This document shows, piece by piece, positions 47,515 through 57,192 of a stretch of 64,000 nucleotides of DNA; the stretch's first letter is position 1; each line of letters starts with the position of its first letter. Under the pieces are notes generated by a model, which was not told the origin of the DNA, searched no databases, and saw nothing but the letters and a program-made list of their open reading frames with translations. The position numbers and the translations under genes were made by a program. Origin of the DNA: Octopus vulgaris (Eukaryota); assembly GCA_951406725.2 (NCBI GenBank), contig OX597830.1:22506001-22570000 (forward strand), written 5' to 3'.

Positions 47515-49281
47515 TATTTATATACACACACACACATATATATACACATATACACACACACATATATATATATATACACATACACACAAATATATATATA
47601 TATATACACACATACGAGCGTGATTGTATGTTCATGTGTGCATGCTCTTTATATAATAATATCTAATGCACCACCTTAATATTTACAACTACTTTGATCT
47701 ATATGCTATATTCAGACCTTAACTTTGTTGCCCCTCAGTTACTTAATGTGTGCTTCCCTGGTGGGTTTCTACAGTCTTCCTGTGTTCTGTCACCTCACTC
47801 CTCGAATTGACGACACCACAATGATTCTCATCATAGCCAACTGTATTGTCCTCCTTGTACTCAGCTCCGCCTTGCCTGTATTACTAAAGACATTAGGTAA
47901 CTATAAAACACTCACTTTCTTTGTTTTCATTCTACCCATCTCCAAATGTTGTCGTTTAGTTTTCAGGCCAGCTATGATGAAGCATACCCCTCAACCTTAT
48001 ACAAAATCTACAGTCATAACTTACTCTTTTCTACCTTCCTATCCGATGCATATTTATCATCCATTACCATCTCCTGTTCTTCTTTATATTTGCTCCTTAG
48101 CATAATTCAGAACTCCAACTTTTCATTGTAGTAGTTGAGATATCAGCCTTGTCTATGGCTATGAACTATCACTAATTTCGTAGTTTCATCGCACAGAAGT
48201 GTAGTATTGATGGAAGTAGTGACAAATCCCTGGGTCTTAAGTGGCTGCATTCCTCTGTTGTTTTGTATGAAAAGTAGAGTCTTTGTTATCTTTGAAGTAT
48301 GATTTCATGAATAAGTATTTTCCACATTATGTACTTATCAGTAGTGTTAGATAGATACTGCAACTAAACAAGCAGTCATGTACTAAACAATAGTGTCAGG
48401 TTTAAGCTTTTGGCTTGTTATTTGTGGTGATATTTTCTGAAGTCAACAGGTCTTTACAAGCAGAGTTGAACACAAAACTCTGCTTGCGAAGACCTGTTGG
48501 GGCAAGTGAAATCGAAATTAAACCAAATTCGATGACTGGCACCTGTGCCAGTGGAGTGCTAACAGCTCCATCCGAGCAGGATCACTGCCAGAGCGGCTGT
48601 CTGGCTTCCGTGCCAATGGAACGTAAAAAGCACCATTTGAGCGTGATCGCTACCATCATCATCTTACTGGCACTTGAACAAAACATTCGAGCGAGGGCGT
48701 TGCCAGTGCCACTGGACTGACTCCTGTGCAGGTGGAATGTAAAAAACACCATTTGAGCATGGCCATTGCCAGTACCGCCAGACTGGCCCCTCGTGCTGGT
48801 GGCACATAAAAAGCACCCTCTTCACTCTTGGAGTGGTTGGTGTTAGGAAGGGCTTCCAGCTGTAGAAATTCTGCCAGATCAGATTGGAGCCTGGTGCAGC
48901 CATCTGGTTTGCCAGTCCTCAGTCAAATTGTCCAATCCATGCTAGCATGGAAAGCGGACGTTAAATGATGATGATGATATTTCTAAGTAAATTCACAAGC
49001 TTTTAACCATTTTCCTGTTGTATTTTTTTTTCTTTCTAGGCATCACAAACTTTGATCTTCTCGGCAACTTTGGCAGCATGGAATGGCTGGGCAACTTCTA
49101 CATCATCCTGACCTACAACATTGTGTTTGCTGTGGCGACAGCGCTATGCCTTGTCAACAAATTCACCGCAACCATACGTCAAGAGATCTATGTCCGCCTG
49201 AAGATGGTGTTCAAGCGAGAGAGACGCTCTTATTCTTCACAACAGATATTGAATGGTTCTCTGATAGGGAAAGAAGATTAG
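9426..49281 (+). CDS. LMBR1: LMBR1/LMBR1L (limb region 1 / lilipod) family multi-pass membrane protein, 5'-partial; join(9426..9519,20259..20289,22918..23057,24608..24711,25205..25331,36863..36931,39092..39156,40114..40198,41135..41218,43214..43290,44104..44181,45347..45420,47739..47896,49040..49281)
   Basis: Spliced length 1428 nt, open through TAG at 49279-49281. Family motifs present: GAVLLLPISIVSNEVLL, WLNSSLIH, ESEGFSG, YLPYLYSCISFLG, CTPVGFARMFTVMGQL, RNLGYP, DDTTM, SSALPV, FDLLGNFG, WLGNFYI. All introns GT-AG. Several exon sizes (140, 104, 127, 69, 65, 77, 78, 74) match human LMBR1 as I recall it. Likely co-orthologue of vertebrate LMBR1 and LMBR1L. Confidence 0.95.
9688..10612. repeat. 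Compound (CAT)n-based minisatellite, units of 15-21 nt in multiples of 3
   Basis: (cat)n-aattgc units changing to (cat)n-cgtaattat units. Confidence 0.97.
13562..13889 (+). mobile_element. ~330-nt Penelope-type terminal-repeat / retrozyme-like element inserted in a (TA)n tract
   Basis: (TA)n on both sides; CpGs retained; contains a minimal hammerhead followed by AATAAA. Confidence 0.7.
13740..13828 (+). ncRNA. Type I minimal hammerhead ribozyme with intact core
   Basis: Stem I TTTCTTC 13740-46 / GAAtGAAA 13821-28; CUGAAGA 13747-53; stem II GAAAGACACAA 13754-64 / TTGTGCCTTTC 13798-808 (10 of 11 pairs); GAAA 13809-12; palindromic stem III ACACGUGU; GUA triplet, predicted cut after 13820. Confidence 0.8.
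13902..14150 (-). mobile_element. Young RTE-tail element (CpGs intact)
   Basis: (CAT)n followed by the reverse complement of the RTE 3' tail. Confidence 0.85.
14151..15112. repeat. G-rich minisatellite, ~157-nt unit with two 72-nt internally deleted units
   Basis: cagaaatatagg recurs at about 14161, 14318, 14390, 14462, 14620, 14774, 14931. Confidence 0.95.
15210..16570. repeat. Tandem repeat, 390-391-nt unit, about 3.5 near-identical copies
   Basis: ccgcgaagaatcggcagcc at 15210, 15601, 15991, 16382; I see only a G-run length change and one A/G difference between copies. Confidence 0.97.
19213..19442. mobile_element. piggyBac-like MITE, family B (also 1975-2745, 36991-37552, 39267-39493, 56070-56293)
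   Basis: TTAA-ccctttc ... gaaaggg-TTAA termini. Confidence 0.82.
20259..20289 (+). CDS. LMBR1: LMBR1 31-nt exon (exon 3 equivalent): (G)DEDVYVYKI(S)
   Basis: tccaacag acceptor; gtaagt donor; matches the DEDAIVNRIS segment of vertebrate LMBR1; phases fit both neighbours. Confidence 0.9.
20328..20762. repeat. Interrupted (TG)n microsatellite with recurring gtctgaatg
   Basis: Direct inspection. Confidence 0.9.
22160..22600 (-). mobile_element. RTE-tail element with internal ~55-nt repeats, nested in a piggyBac-like MITE
   Basis: Reverse-complement tail plus repeated gtgctttttacgtgccac-type units. Confidence 0.85.
22918..23057 (+). CDS. LMBR1: LMBR1 exon 4 equivalent: LLLCTLTLAISLGAVLLLPISIVSNEVLLLYPDSYYVKWLNSSLIH
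   Basis: cttccag / gtaagc; 140 nt. Confidence 0.97.
23297..23716 (+). mobile_element. tRNA-headed SINE-like element with Penelope-type hammerhead-bearing tail, preceded by an inverted tail copy; 9-bp target-site duplication
   Basis: gaagtcatt at 23297-305 and 23708-716; inverted tail 23306-23445; pol III A and B boxes in 23446-23519; (AAT)n; direct tail 23535-23707. Confidence 0.8.
23583..23630 (+). ncRNA. Degenerate minimal hammerhead motif
   Basis: taacac-CTGATGA-a-GGCTGG...TCAACC-aAAA-CG-TT-ttgtta; core G12 is A. Confidence 0.6.
24608..24711 (+). CDS. LMBR1: LMBR1 exon 5 equivalent: (E)LWNLIFFLSNLALFMLMPFSYFFTESEGFSGSRR
   Basis: tttgcag / gtcagt; 104 nt. Confidence 0.97.
25205..25331 (+). 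CDS. LMBR1: LMBR1 exon 6 equivalent: GIMGRVYETAVVLIILGILVFGIAWVASALIDGDKSSRQTLF
   Basis: tttcag / gtgagt; 127 nt. Confidence 0.97.
27877..28123. mobile_element. hAT-like MITE (also 8808-9134, 63144-63425, partial 590-753 and 8080-8335)
   Basis: Terminal inverted repeat cagt.g.tctcaac / gttgagaa.cactg; 8-bp flanks atataatg and atgtaatg. Confidence 0.82.
29345..29700. repeat. (CT)n-rich polypyrimidine tract
   Basis: Direct inspection; ends in cccctcag. Confidence 0.9.
30185..31110 (-). mobile_element. Degenerate Tc1/mariner-superfamily transposon, maT (DD37D)-like
   Basis: Minus-strand FFSDEKNF...QQNDRW...KFPATVMVLGEVSNECHVMPTHIF...LRINA...FQQDSAPSHK...WSLNLPDLNLMD; terminus TA-CAGAGTATG near 31110. 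Confidence 0.88.
31998..32480 (+). mobile_element. Head-to-tail tandem of Deu/Nin-like SINEs joined by (ATT)n (similar arrays at 34190-34735 and 55320-55765)
   Basis: Two full units plus a third head. Confidence 0.85.
32863..33200 (-). mobile_element. tRNA-derived SINE (second copy at 13172-13513, minus)
   Basis: Reverse-complement head gaaggcgcatggctcagtggttagagcgtcgagc...; the two copies are colinear. Confidence 0.85.
33273..33490. mobile_element. piggyBac-like MITE, family A (also 7091-7842, 9176-9400, 22123-22792, 24938-25132)
   Basis: TTAA-(c/t)cctttag ... ctaaaggg-TTAA termini. Confidence 0.8.
36040..36520. repeat. Degenerate ~24-nt minisatellite (acaacagcctataagcctggcctct)
   Basis: ctataagcctggc recurs several times in 36250-36360 with decayed copies either side. 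Confidence 0.75.
36863..36931 (+). CDS. LMBR1: LMBR1 exon 7 equivalent: (D)VWYIYLPYLYSCISFLGVLALL
   Basis: tttcag / gtgagt; 69 nt; branch-like tactaat at 36824-36830. Confidence 0.97.
38550..38771 (+). mobile_element. Deu/Nin-domain-like SINE with 14-bp target-site duplication (family also at 41980-42215 on +, 44675-44908 on -, 51225-51425 on +)
   Basis: gagctggcagaa...gagttcaaatt-type B box...gcctttcatcctttcggggtcgataaa.taagtaccag; ggtatgccaagatg flanks both ends. Confidence 0.85.
39092..39156 (+). CDS. LMBR1: LMBR1 exon 8 equivalent: (L)CTPVGFARMFTVMGQLVVKPQ
   Basis: ctgcag / gtctgt; 65 nt. Confidence 0.96.
40114..40198 (+). CDS. LMBR1: LMBR1 exon 9 equivalent: FLHDIDSDLFQATLTEEDLLRKIKHSKG
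   Basis: ctccag / gtaagc; 85 nt. Confidence 0.92.
41135..41218 (+). CDS. LMBR1: LMBR1 exon 10 equivalent: (G)PSKIANGTAGTDFSQRLEEVRKLKQEL
   Basis: aaag acceptor (alternative in-frame tag acceptor ending 41149); gtaagt donor; coiled-coil segment like LENVKTLKTKL. Confidence 0.85.
41515..41865 (+). mobile_element. RTE-tail element with internal repeats
   Basis: gtggcacgtaaaaagcacc units, aggaagggcatccagctgtagaaa core, (GAT)n tail. Confidence 0.85.
42484..42900 (+). mobile_element. tRNA-derived CORE-like SINE, full length
   Basis: Colinear with 7211-7734. Confidence 0.88.
43214..43290 (+). CDS. LMBR1: LMBR1 exon 11 equivalent: (E)KRKQVSSLRRNLGYPLVILILLALT
   Basis: tttcag / gtaagt; 77 nt. Confidence 0.96.
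43463..43507 (-). ncRNA. Variant minimal hammerhead motif in a Penelope-like terminal fragment (about 43350-43760)
   Basis: Minus strand: gatca-CTGATGcg-GTCACA-ggag-TGTGAC-GAAA-gaac-TC-tggcc; next to an (AAT)n tract. Confidence 0.6.
44104..44181 (+). CDS. LMBR1: LMBR1 exon 12 equivalent: AICVLMVSHNMFQLLIGIKALPFGTK
   Basis: ttgcag / gtaagt; 78 nt. Confidence 0.95.
45347..45420 (+). CDS. LMBR1: LMBR1 exon 13 equivalent: KLALGITSLSALGPVGAVLEIILI(L)
   Basis: tttcag acceptor; donor GTATCCTTT (U12 consensus); 74 nt. Confidence 0.95.
46558..46963 (+). mobile_element. tRNA-derived CORE-like SINE inside the U12 intron
   Basis: Colinear with 7211-7734. Confidence 0.88.
46972..47300. repeat. Degenerate ~25-nt minisatellite (tgttgcctgagggtgtgttacatg)
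   Basis: Recurring ctgag..tgt.ttacatg. Confidence 0.7.
47342..47379 (+). ncRNA. Variant or degenerate minimal hammerhead motif in a short repeat (about 47300-47466) beside a (TA/CA)n tract
   Basis: TCTTT-CTGtgGAa-GAGC-atag-GCTC-GAAA-ca-TT-AAAGA; stems I and II are perfect. Confidence 0.55.
47739..47896 (+). CDS. LMBR1: LMBR1 exon (vertebrate exons 14+15 equivalent): YLMCASLVGFYSLPVFCHLTPRIDDTTMILIIANCIVLLVLSSALPVLLKTL
   Basis: cctcag / gtaact; 158 nt. Confidence 0.96.
48470..48978 (+). mobile_element. RTE-tail element with internal repeats
   Basis: Same family as 41515-41865 and 22160-22600; tail ends about 60 nt before the last exon acceptor. Confidence 0.85.
49040..49281 (+). CDS. LMBR1: LMBR1 last coding exon: (G)ITNFDLLGNFGSMEWLGNFYIILTYNIVFAVATALCLVNKFTATIRQEIYVRLKMVFKRERRSYSSQQILNGSLIGKED*
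   Basis: ttctag acceptor; stop TAG 49279-49281. Confidence 0.95.
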
Positions 49282-49689
49282 TGAAGTTCATTCCCTTCTT
49301 CTCTGCTCCCATGGAATAGGGAAGTGGGGGGGGGGGCACGAGGGTGGGGTGGTGGTTCTACTTTATCTTTTATTTTATTTTTTTTTCCATTTTATTCATT
49401 GAAGAAAAACAGAAATCCCAAACTGAAATATGGACATGAGTGAATCCTTTCTGCTGATAACCTCATTATTCTTCATTTCTCTGATATTCCCTGTCTAATC
49501 ATTTTTATGGCAACCATCTAACAGTTTTTGTATATATTTTTATTGTTATTTTTTTATGAGAATTTTTGTAATATTTGCTGCCTAAATGATGTAATTTAAG
49601 AAACAAAGTTTGTCCATATGTGTGTGTATGTCTGTTTATCTCCTCTCTTTCTCTCTCTCTATATATATCATCATCATTGTGTTTATGTG

Positions 49690-49839
49690 TGTGTGTATAT
49701 ACATGTATATATATGCATATATATGTAAATATATGCACACATATCCTCACACATGTATGTGTGTGTATGTCTGTATATATATATATGTGTGTATGTATGT
49801 ATTTATGTATGTATATATATATATATATACTTAGTCATG

Positions 49840-49881
<42 letters not shown>

Positions 49882-49935
49882 GGCATGTATGTATGTATGT
49901 ATATATGTGTATGTATATATGTATGTGTATGTATG

Positions 49936-49968
<33 letters not shown>

Positions 49969-49993
49969 GTGTATATATGTATGTGTATGTATG

Positions 49994-50026
<33 letters not shown>

Positions 50027-50040
50027 GTGTATATATATAT

Positions 50041-50075
<35 letters not shown>

Positions 50076-50095
50076 ATATATGTATATATATATGT
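49690..50095. repeat. Compound TA/TG microsatellite in the proximal 3' UTR
   Basis: Direct inspection. Confidence 0.95.
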
Positions 50096-51512
50096 CAAAG
50101 TGGGTTTAACTAGTTTCCTATGTTTTAAACATCAGAAATAACTACAATAGCGTTAGATACAGTGATTAAGAAACAAGAGTTCAGTCAATGCATATTTTTG
50201 GCCGAGAAAGTAAGGGAGACAATTCCAAATCTCTTCGTAATTATTAAGCTTGGTCAGCAGAGATATTGTTTCTGCAATATATTAAATGTGTATAAGTGTC
50301 TTTGAGTGTGTGTGGTATGTTTTTGGAGAGAAAGAGAGAGGAGGGGAGGGGGTTGAAATGACTGCTTGTGATTCACAAGTTCAATTCCTACCACAGGCCT
50401 TTCATTGTGTCTTTGGGATAGGAAGATGTGATTTTAATTTCCTCATATTCGTCTGCTTTCCGGTGGTGCTGAGATTTGCCATCGCGTTTTTTAGCTGCAA
50501 TAGACTGGCTTCTTGTCCAAGATAATAGAAAGATTCATCTCGTTATTTTTCCAATTAATGTTGTTTAAATCCAGAGCTGAGTTCTGTCAAATTGTGGAAA
50601 TATTTATTGTAAGTGTGTGTGTCTTGTTATTGTTATTTAGCCCTGGTCAGCTCTAACTGAGCAGACCTATGATCAAAGGCATTCCAGCCATGACCATCCC
50701 ACTCTTCTCTCAGGTATATCATATCTAGGATTATATTTTTAAGATAGTAGAGTGTCATGTGAGGGAGATTTGGTTTCTATTTTATCTTTTCAAGCAACCA
50801 TGTAGAGGTTATCTCTTTGGGTTATGTATTACCTGTGTGTGTGTGTGTGTGTGTGTGTTTATGAGTGTATTTGTTTGTGCATGCAAAATGTAATTCTTAA
50901 CACCTTCACTGAAGATGACTGGAATAGATGAGAGATATTTTTGTATTTGGAAATAATTCTTCTATATTTTAACATTGACATCGCTGAAGATTTTGGTCTA
51001 AAATATTGATCTAATCACTGATTTAACTGCTGCCCCCCACCCACCATTCACCCTCTCTCTCATTCCAAGAGCAGACACCCCCTCATGTTCTCTAACCCAC
51101 TCTTGATATTGTTACCTCTCCACCCATCCAATACTACATGCTGAAACATTAAAATAATAGCAGTTGTGCTACTACTGCAGCTGCTGCTGCTACTACTACT
51201 ACTACAGTAACAGTAATAGGTTGTATTAAGGTCGTAAACTGGCAGAATGTTTAGTGGCATTTCGTCCGTATTTACGGTCTGAGTTCAAATTCCACCAAGG
51301 CCGACTTTGCCTTTCATCCCTTCCAGGTTCGATAAAATAAGTACCAGTCAAGCACTGGTATCGATGTAATTGACTAGCCTGCCCCACCCCCAATTTTAGC
51401 CTTTGTCCCTGTAGCAGAAAGGAGTAATAGGTTGTATTAGAAGTAGTAGCTGCGTCAGTGGTAATTATCATGCTAAAAGCTACTGTAGTACCAGCAGGAG
51501 GTTTTAATAATA

Positions 51513-51544
<32 letters not shown>

Positions 51545-51710
51545 GGTGTCTGTGTTGTGGAACATGTATGATGAGTGTAGTATGCCATGTTTACTGCATT
51601 GTACATGTGTGTTTCAGAGTTGTGGTTGTAGTATATACTGTATCTATTTCTGCCTCTTTCCTCACCAGCTGAAAACTGTTGGGGAACAATCTACCTATCT
51701 GTGTGTGTGT

Positions 51711-51747
<37 letters not shown>

Positions 51748-52269
51748 CCTGATTATACGTATATTTTTTTCACATCATCATCATCCTGGTGCAATTAAAA
51801 TATCGAGAATGAATCACACACAAACACACCTGTGGTACTGCAGACCTGCCCAGGTGCTGCTGTTAAGTCCAATATGGCCTGGGGCCACCACTGGTCAAAA
51901 CCTGTTTCAGTGAGGCAACCCACATGTTTGCATATAGACATGGATATAGGAAATGCTGTTGCTGCTGATTTAATTGAACAGTATTAGACTTTTATAAGAG
52001 CTTTAGATATGTGTATATAGAAATACCCCTTCCTCTTCACATGAAATGTTCATTGTGTATTCTTTTATTTGTTTGTCATTTGACTGTGGCCAAACTGGAG
52101 CACCACCTTTAGTCGAACAAATTTACCCCAGGACTTATTCTTTGTAAGCCTAGTACTTATTCAATCGGTCTCTTTTGTTGAACTGCTAAGTTGCAGGGAC
52201 GTCAACATATTTGTTGTCAAGCGATGATGGGGGGGACAAACACCTACACACGTGTACACACAAAGATAT

Positions 52270-52783
52270 ATATGGTGGTTGTCTACTTCTTATGCAGAGT
52301 TTGACCACCTCCTGTATCTACACCTTAGCACCATCATGTCTTCTGATGTGGCTTTTTAAACCAGACAATGTTTTGAAAAGACACCCACATAGATTGCACA
52401 TCCGACTTGGACCACCAAGAGCTGCAGAATAGTTCTGCTCTTTGTGGATCTTAAAATGTCTTTTGAGGCCTCCGTTAGATTTGCAAACCTTCTGGCATAC
52501 ACTGCATTCAAAGGTGTGCAGAGATATGTAGGGAGAATTAGTGGGAGGGTCATTTTCAATAGGTTTGCAGATAAGATTTGGGCCCAGCAAACTACAGGCT
52601 TGGTCTGTCACAGACTGTGCAAAAACGTCATTGTCATTCACCTTCTCGATTGTAACATTCTTCCTTCAGTCTCTTTGGAGTCTTACATGCATTAACCTGA
52701 CCTCTTCACATGCTTTTACTCCACTCCACACTTTTGTTCACCATCCAACTCAATCTCAAGCAAGGGTTTCTATGTCTTCTGGA
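52270..52783 (-). mobile_element. 3' end of a second RTE-clade (BovB-like) LINE with two C2H2 fingers
   Basis: In-frame PEDIETLA*D*VGW*TKVWSGVKACEEVR...LQRD*RK, then CSVCQKVCKSNGGLKRHFKIH and CNLCGCLFKTLSGLKSHIRRH; resembles the ETLAxDRxxWR...C2H2 C-terminus of RTE ORFs. Confidence 0.8.
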
Positions 52784-55700
52784 TCATGTGTGTATGTATG
52801 TATATATATGTATATTACTTATTAGTCTGTTTACATTAAGGTGGCTAGCTGGCAGAATTGGTCAGGCATTGGGAAAATGCTTTGTGGCATTTGTTTTGGT
52901 TCTTTCCATTCTGAGTTCAGATTCTGTAGGGATCAACTTTGATTTTCATCTCTCCAGGGTCAATGAGTACCACTCAAGTATTGGGGTCAGTGGTATCCAC
53001 TAACCTTTTCCCCCATAAAATTGCTGACCTTGTGCCAATATCCAAAACCATTGTCAATCTGTTTACATGTGATGGCAGTAGGATTTTAGGTAGGTAGAAA
53101 GAGACACTCTTGCTCCTCTTTGTTTCAATACACAGCCTCATTCTCTTCCTCCTCCCCACAAATATGTGGCTTTGTGCCAACATGAGAAATTTTTATTGTT
53201 ACTTTTATTTTCATGTCAGTAGTAAATGTGATGTGGAGCATCAGGTTCTTGGTAAATAGTCTGAAAGCAGTTTCAGTTGTGGTGATAAGCAATCGAAACA
53301 GCTGGGAAAGCTTCTTACTGCTTTCTTCAGGATTTGAGCTCAACACTGCAGTTGAATGACACCAGTGTTGTTTGCTTGTTTTTAAGATAGCAACTTGTAT
53401 TTTTGCTTGGTATCTATTTACAACTGCCTAGATTGGGATTTTTTAGAATTTAGAGTCCATGATTCCTTTTAACTGATTTTTGTCACTCTTAATGTTAGAT
53501 AATACTGTTGTTTGTGTTTTTAGACTTGTTGATGTACAACAAAACAAAATGTCCTGTAACTCTTTGTATATTATTGAGTCAACAACCAAAATTTTGACTA
53601 CTAAATATAGGATGTAATTAGCCATTCAGTCTCATGGAAGCCATCCTCTCAATTGAAATGGCTATAGAATCACACTGCAGTTACAGACTTCAGTTCCTCT
53701 GCTTCAGTGCGCTCACACTCATACAAAAGACCAAACAAATTGTGATCTAAACTGTACATATTCAATTGGTATCTTGCAAATGCTTTCTAACATATCACAC
53801 AGTGCTTAGCCATGCACATTTTCCCAAAGCTGAAGCAGGCATATCATTATATGATCTGGCAGAGCACTGAGGCTGGTGTTTGTGGCACTAACAACCCACA
53901 TGTAGCTGTTTCATTTCATTTACAATGCTAAGCACTTTCAGTTGCAGCATGAATATCACACCATTTCCATTCCCCGCAAACTCGGATGTCTTGTGGCCAA
54001 TGTAAGCCTGAGGCAAAACCTTACAGTATTAAGGAATTTTCGCAAAACTTCCACGTCTTTGTTTTTTTTCTTCTTTTTGTTTAAATGTTTATTTTTTCTT
54101 ATTTACATTTGCTTTACTCTGTTGTCCTAAATGGTCTCATAGACAAGTGAAATGTTTCCATATCCTGGGACTGAATGAATTATGGACAACATATGCTAAC
54201 CATTTGTTCTGAAGTATCTGTGCCCACAGACGTTTTATTATTGACCATGTTGGCTTCTGTTGTCAAAATTTATTTACTTGACTTTGTTCTATGCAAAGCA
54301 GTTTTTCTCCAGTCGTCATCGTCGTCCTTCTCCCCCTCATCATCACGACCATTTTAATGTCTACATTATCCATAATTGCGTGGATGTCAGACAGGTGTTT
54401 ATTAAAAGGCAGATTTTGTATGGCCGGATGTTCTTCCTGTTGCTAACCCTTATCCTTTACCAAAAGCAAACTAATATTTCCTTGTGACCAGATATGTTTT
54501 TGCAGAATATTGGAAATGAGTGACACTGCTTGTATGACAGTGACACTCATTTACAACCATCACATGATGTCAAGATGATACATATACATACATGAGCACA
54601 CACACACACACACACACAAAATGGGCTTTTTTTAGTTTACATCTGCCAAATCCACTCACAAAGCTTTGGTTAGTCTGGGGCTGTAGTAGAAGACACTTGC
54701 CCAAGTTGCTGTGCAATGGGATTGAACACAAAACCATATGATTGGAAAGTAAACTTCTTAACCACACAGCCATGCCTGCGCCTTCAGTTGTGAAAACTCG
54801 AGTTGGTTTTATGCCAGGTAGTTTTCCTCCAGTTATCTCCCTTATTTCACACCTGTCCCATTTTCTCAAATTACCTCTCCGACTAGTCTGCTGTTAGTAG
54901 AGAATCTACAATAATCTCCAGTTACCAGTCAACAACTTAGCACTGTAGCTTCATTAAAATATCCATCCATTCATCTTCAGTTTTTGTTATACTGTGTATA
55001 AATCAATATTCTTTGGGTTTATCACTACCAACATCTAATGTCCATCCTCACGTTGTTGCTTGTTATTGCATTATTTCTTTTTGTGGTGGTTGTTTGTATG
55101 TTTTTTTTTTTTTTTTAAAAAACCCATTTTTTGTTACTTGGAATTAACAGCCACACAAAGTGTTGCTGTGTGTTTTTGGCCGGAAGATAATCCACTAGTA
55201 ACTTTTTGGATTAACATCTCATTTTCCCCCAGTGATTTCTGATCAATTTATTGCTATTACTATGATTGTGATGTTAGAAACCTTTATTATCATTGTTTTT
55301 ATTGTTGTTATTATTATTATTAAGAGGGGGTCATCTGGCAGAATTGTTAGTGCACTGGACAAGTAGCTTTATAGCATTTCTTCCAGTTTTTAACATTCTG
55401 AATTTAAATTCCACCGAGATTCACTTTGCCTTTCATCGTTTTAGGGTTGATAGAATAAGGACTAATTGAACACTGGGGCTGATGTAATCACCTAGCCCTT
55501 TACCCCCAAATTGGCAGAATCATTAGTACACTGGGTGAAATGCTTACCAGCATTTCATCAGTCTTTACGTTCTGAGTTCAAATTCTGCTGAGGTTGACTT
55601 TTGCCTTTCATCCTTTTGGGGTTGATAAAATAAGTACCAGTTGCTTACTGGGGTCAATCTAATTGACTGGCTCCCTCCCTAAAAATTTCGGGGTTAGTAT

Positions 55701-57192
55701 AATTGACTTATCCCCTCTCCCGAAATTGCTGGCCTTGTGCCAAAATTAGAAACCATTATTATTATAGCTGGCGCTATGGTGTGGTACTAAGTTCTTTATT
55801 TATTATCTGGTTTCAGCACTTAATTAAAATTTCTCTTAATTTTACTAATCCCTTTGGGGAAAGTCCTGAATATCACAGCAACTTTATGGTCTTTATAAGA
55901 AATACTCATTATTAAGCAGCAGAATGGTTAAATGTTTCTTGGATATCCTGCCATAAAGTCCATGTGTTTATAATCCCTTTGGAGATCTCTAATCTACAAA
56001 GTTAATGAAGAAACAACAATGATGCTTCTTTTCCTTTTCATTTGATGACTTCAATATTTAATTGACATATTAACTCTTTTGAGACCAACCCTTGGTTCTA
56101 TAATACAAACCTGCTGTTCTAAAGTGATCTAAATTGAAATCTCCCATCAATATTTCTCATGTTAATTTAAGTCTCAAACACCAGCTTAAATAACGATAGT
56201 TATTTTTTTACTAATTTCTTTGATTTTTCAAAGGCAGTGAATTTCAATGGAAATATGGTAACAAAAGGGTTAAGGTTACAAAACTTAAGACAGGACTCTT
56301 TATTACAAATGACCTTCTGCAATTTGTATTTGTAACTGAAATGTGTGAGAAATGCTAGTGTTTCTTTTCTGACATTATTTTTATCTTTCTCAGTCATTCC
56401 ATGAGAGAGAGAGAGATCAATTCTTCATTTGTGTATAACTTATCTACATATCTGCAATATATTTTGGACCAATCCATAAAAAGGTGGAAGCTTTTTTTTC
56501 TTTAATTTTTAGAAAATATCTTCAGTTGTTCTCTCTCTGGTATGATTGCTTACCATAATTTAGTTTGTCCTCCCTTTTTTGTCATGCTTATTTCACCCTT
56601 TCCCCAACATACATGAATCATAAGTCTGTGTGTATGTATGTATGTCTCTTTATGTATATATAATTAACATCATTGCTTTCTTTCCAGACTATTTGTTAAT
56701 TAGCTATCGTTTAGCTCTGTGTCAGTGAAATTTAACAAAAAAGAATAGTTTTGAAAAAAAAAAAAATGGTTGTGTTAAAAAGAAAAAAGAAAAATGATAG
56801 ATTTGAAAGAGAACTGTAAATATATATTTTTGTGCATAAATCTCTTTATATATATGTATAGATATAAATATATATAGAATATATGTATGTATGTATAACT
56901 AGACCTAATTGAAGACAATCTTTTTGTAATCTATTGAGATTGTTAAGCTGAACACATTGTAAGCCATATCCAAAATACACTCATATGATATAGTCTCTAT
57001 CATCTAATGGTATATGATAGCTACTGCCTCTTGCTGTTGGCTTGCTTGCCTTCCTGCTCCAAAGCCATTCATCTTGGTGTGAGCTAATGGTTGAAGAATG
57101 GTTGCAATGTTTTTTGCTGCCAACTTTTTTTTTTATCTTGGTTGGCCATAATTTACTTGCTCAAGTCTTCAAAAATTATTACTATTATTATT

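Larger units (their letters stand above)
45421..47738 (+). other. U12-type (minor spliceosome) GT-AG intron, 2318 nt
   Basis: 5' splice site GTATCCTTT; branch site CCTTAAC at 47717-47723, about 16 nt before the CAG ending at 47738; phase 2 join CT|T is in frame. Confidence 0.92.

Noticed and set aside
52318-52641. Host C2H2 zinc-finger gene
   Set aside because: No TGEKP linkers; contiguous in frame with a stop-ridden RTE C-terminus and a LINE-type 3' end.
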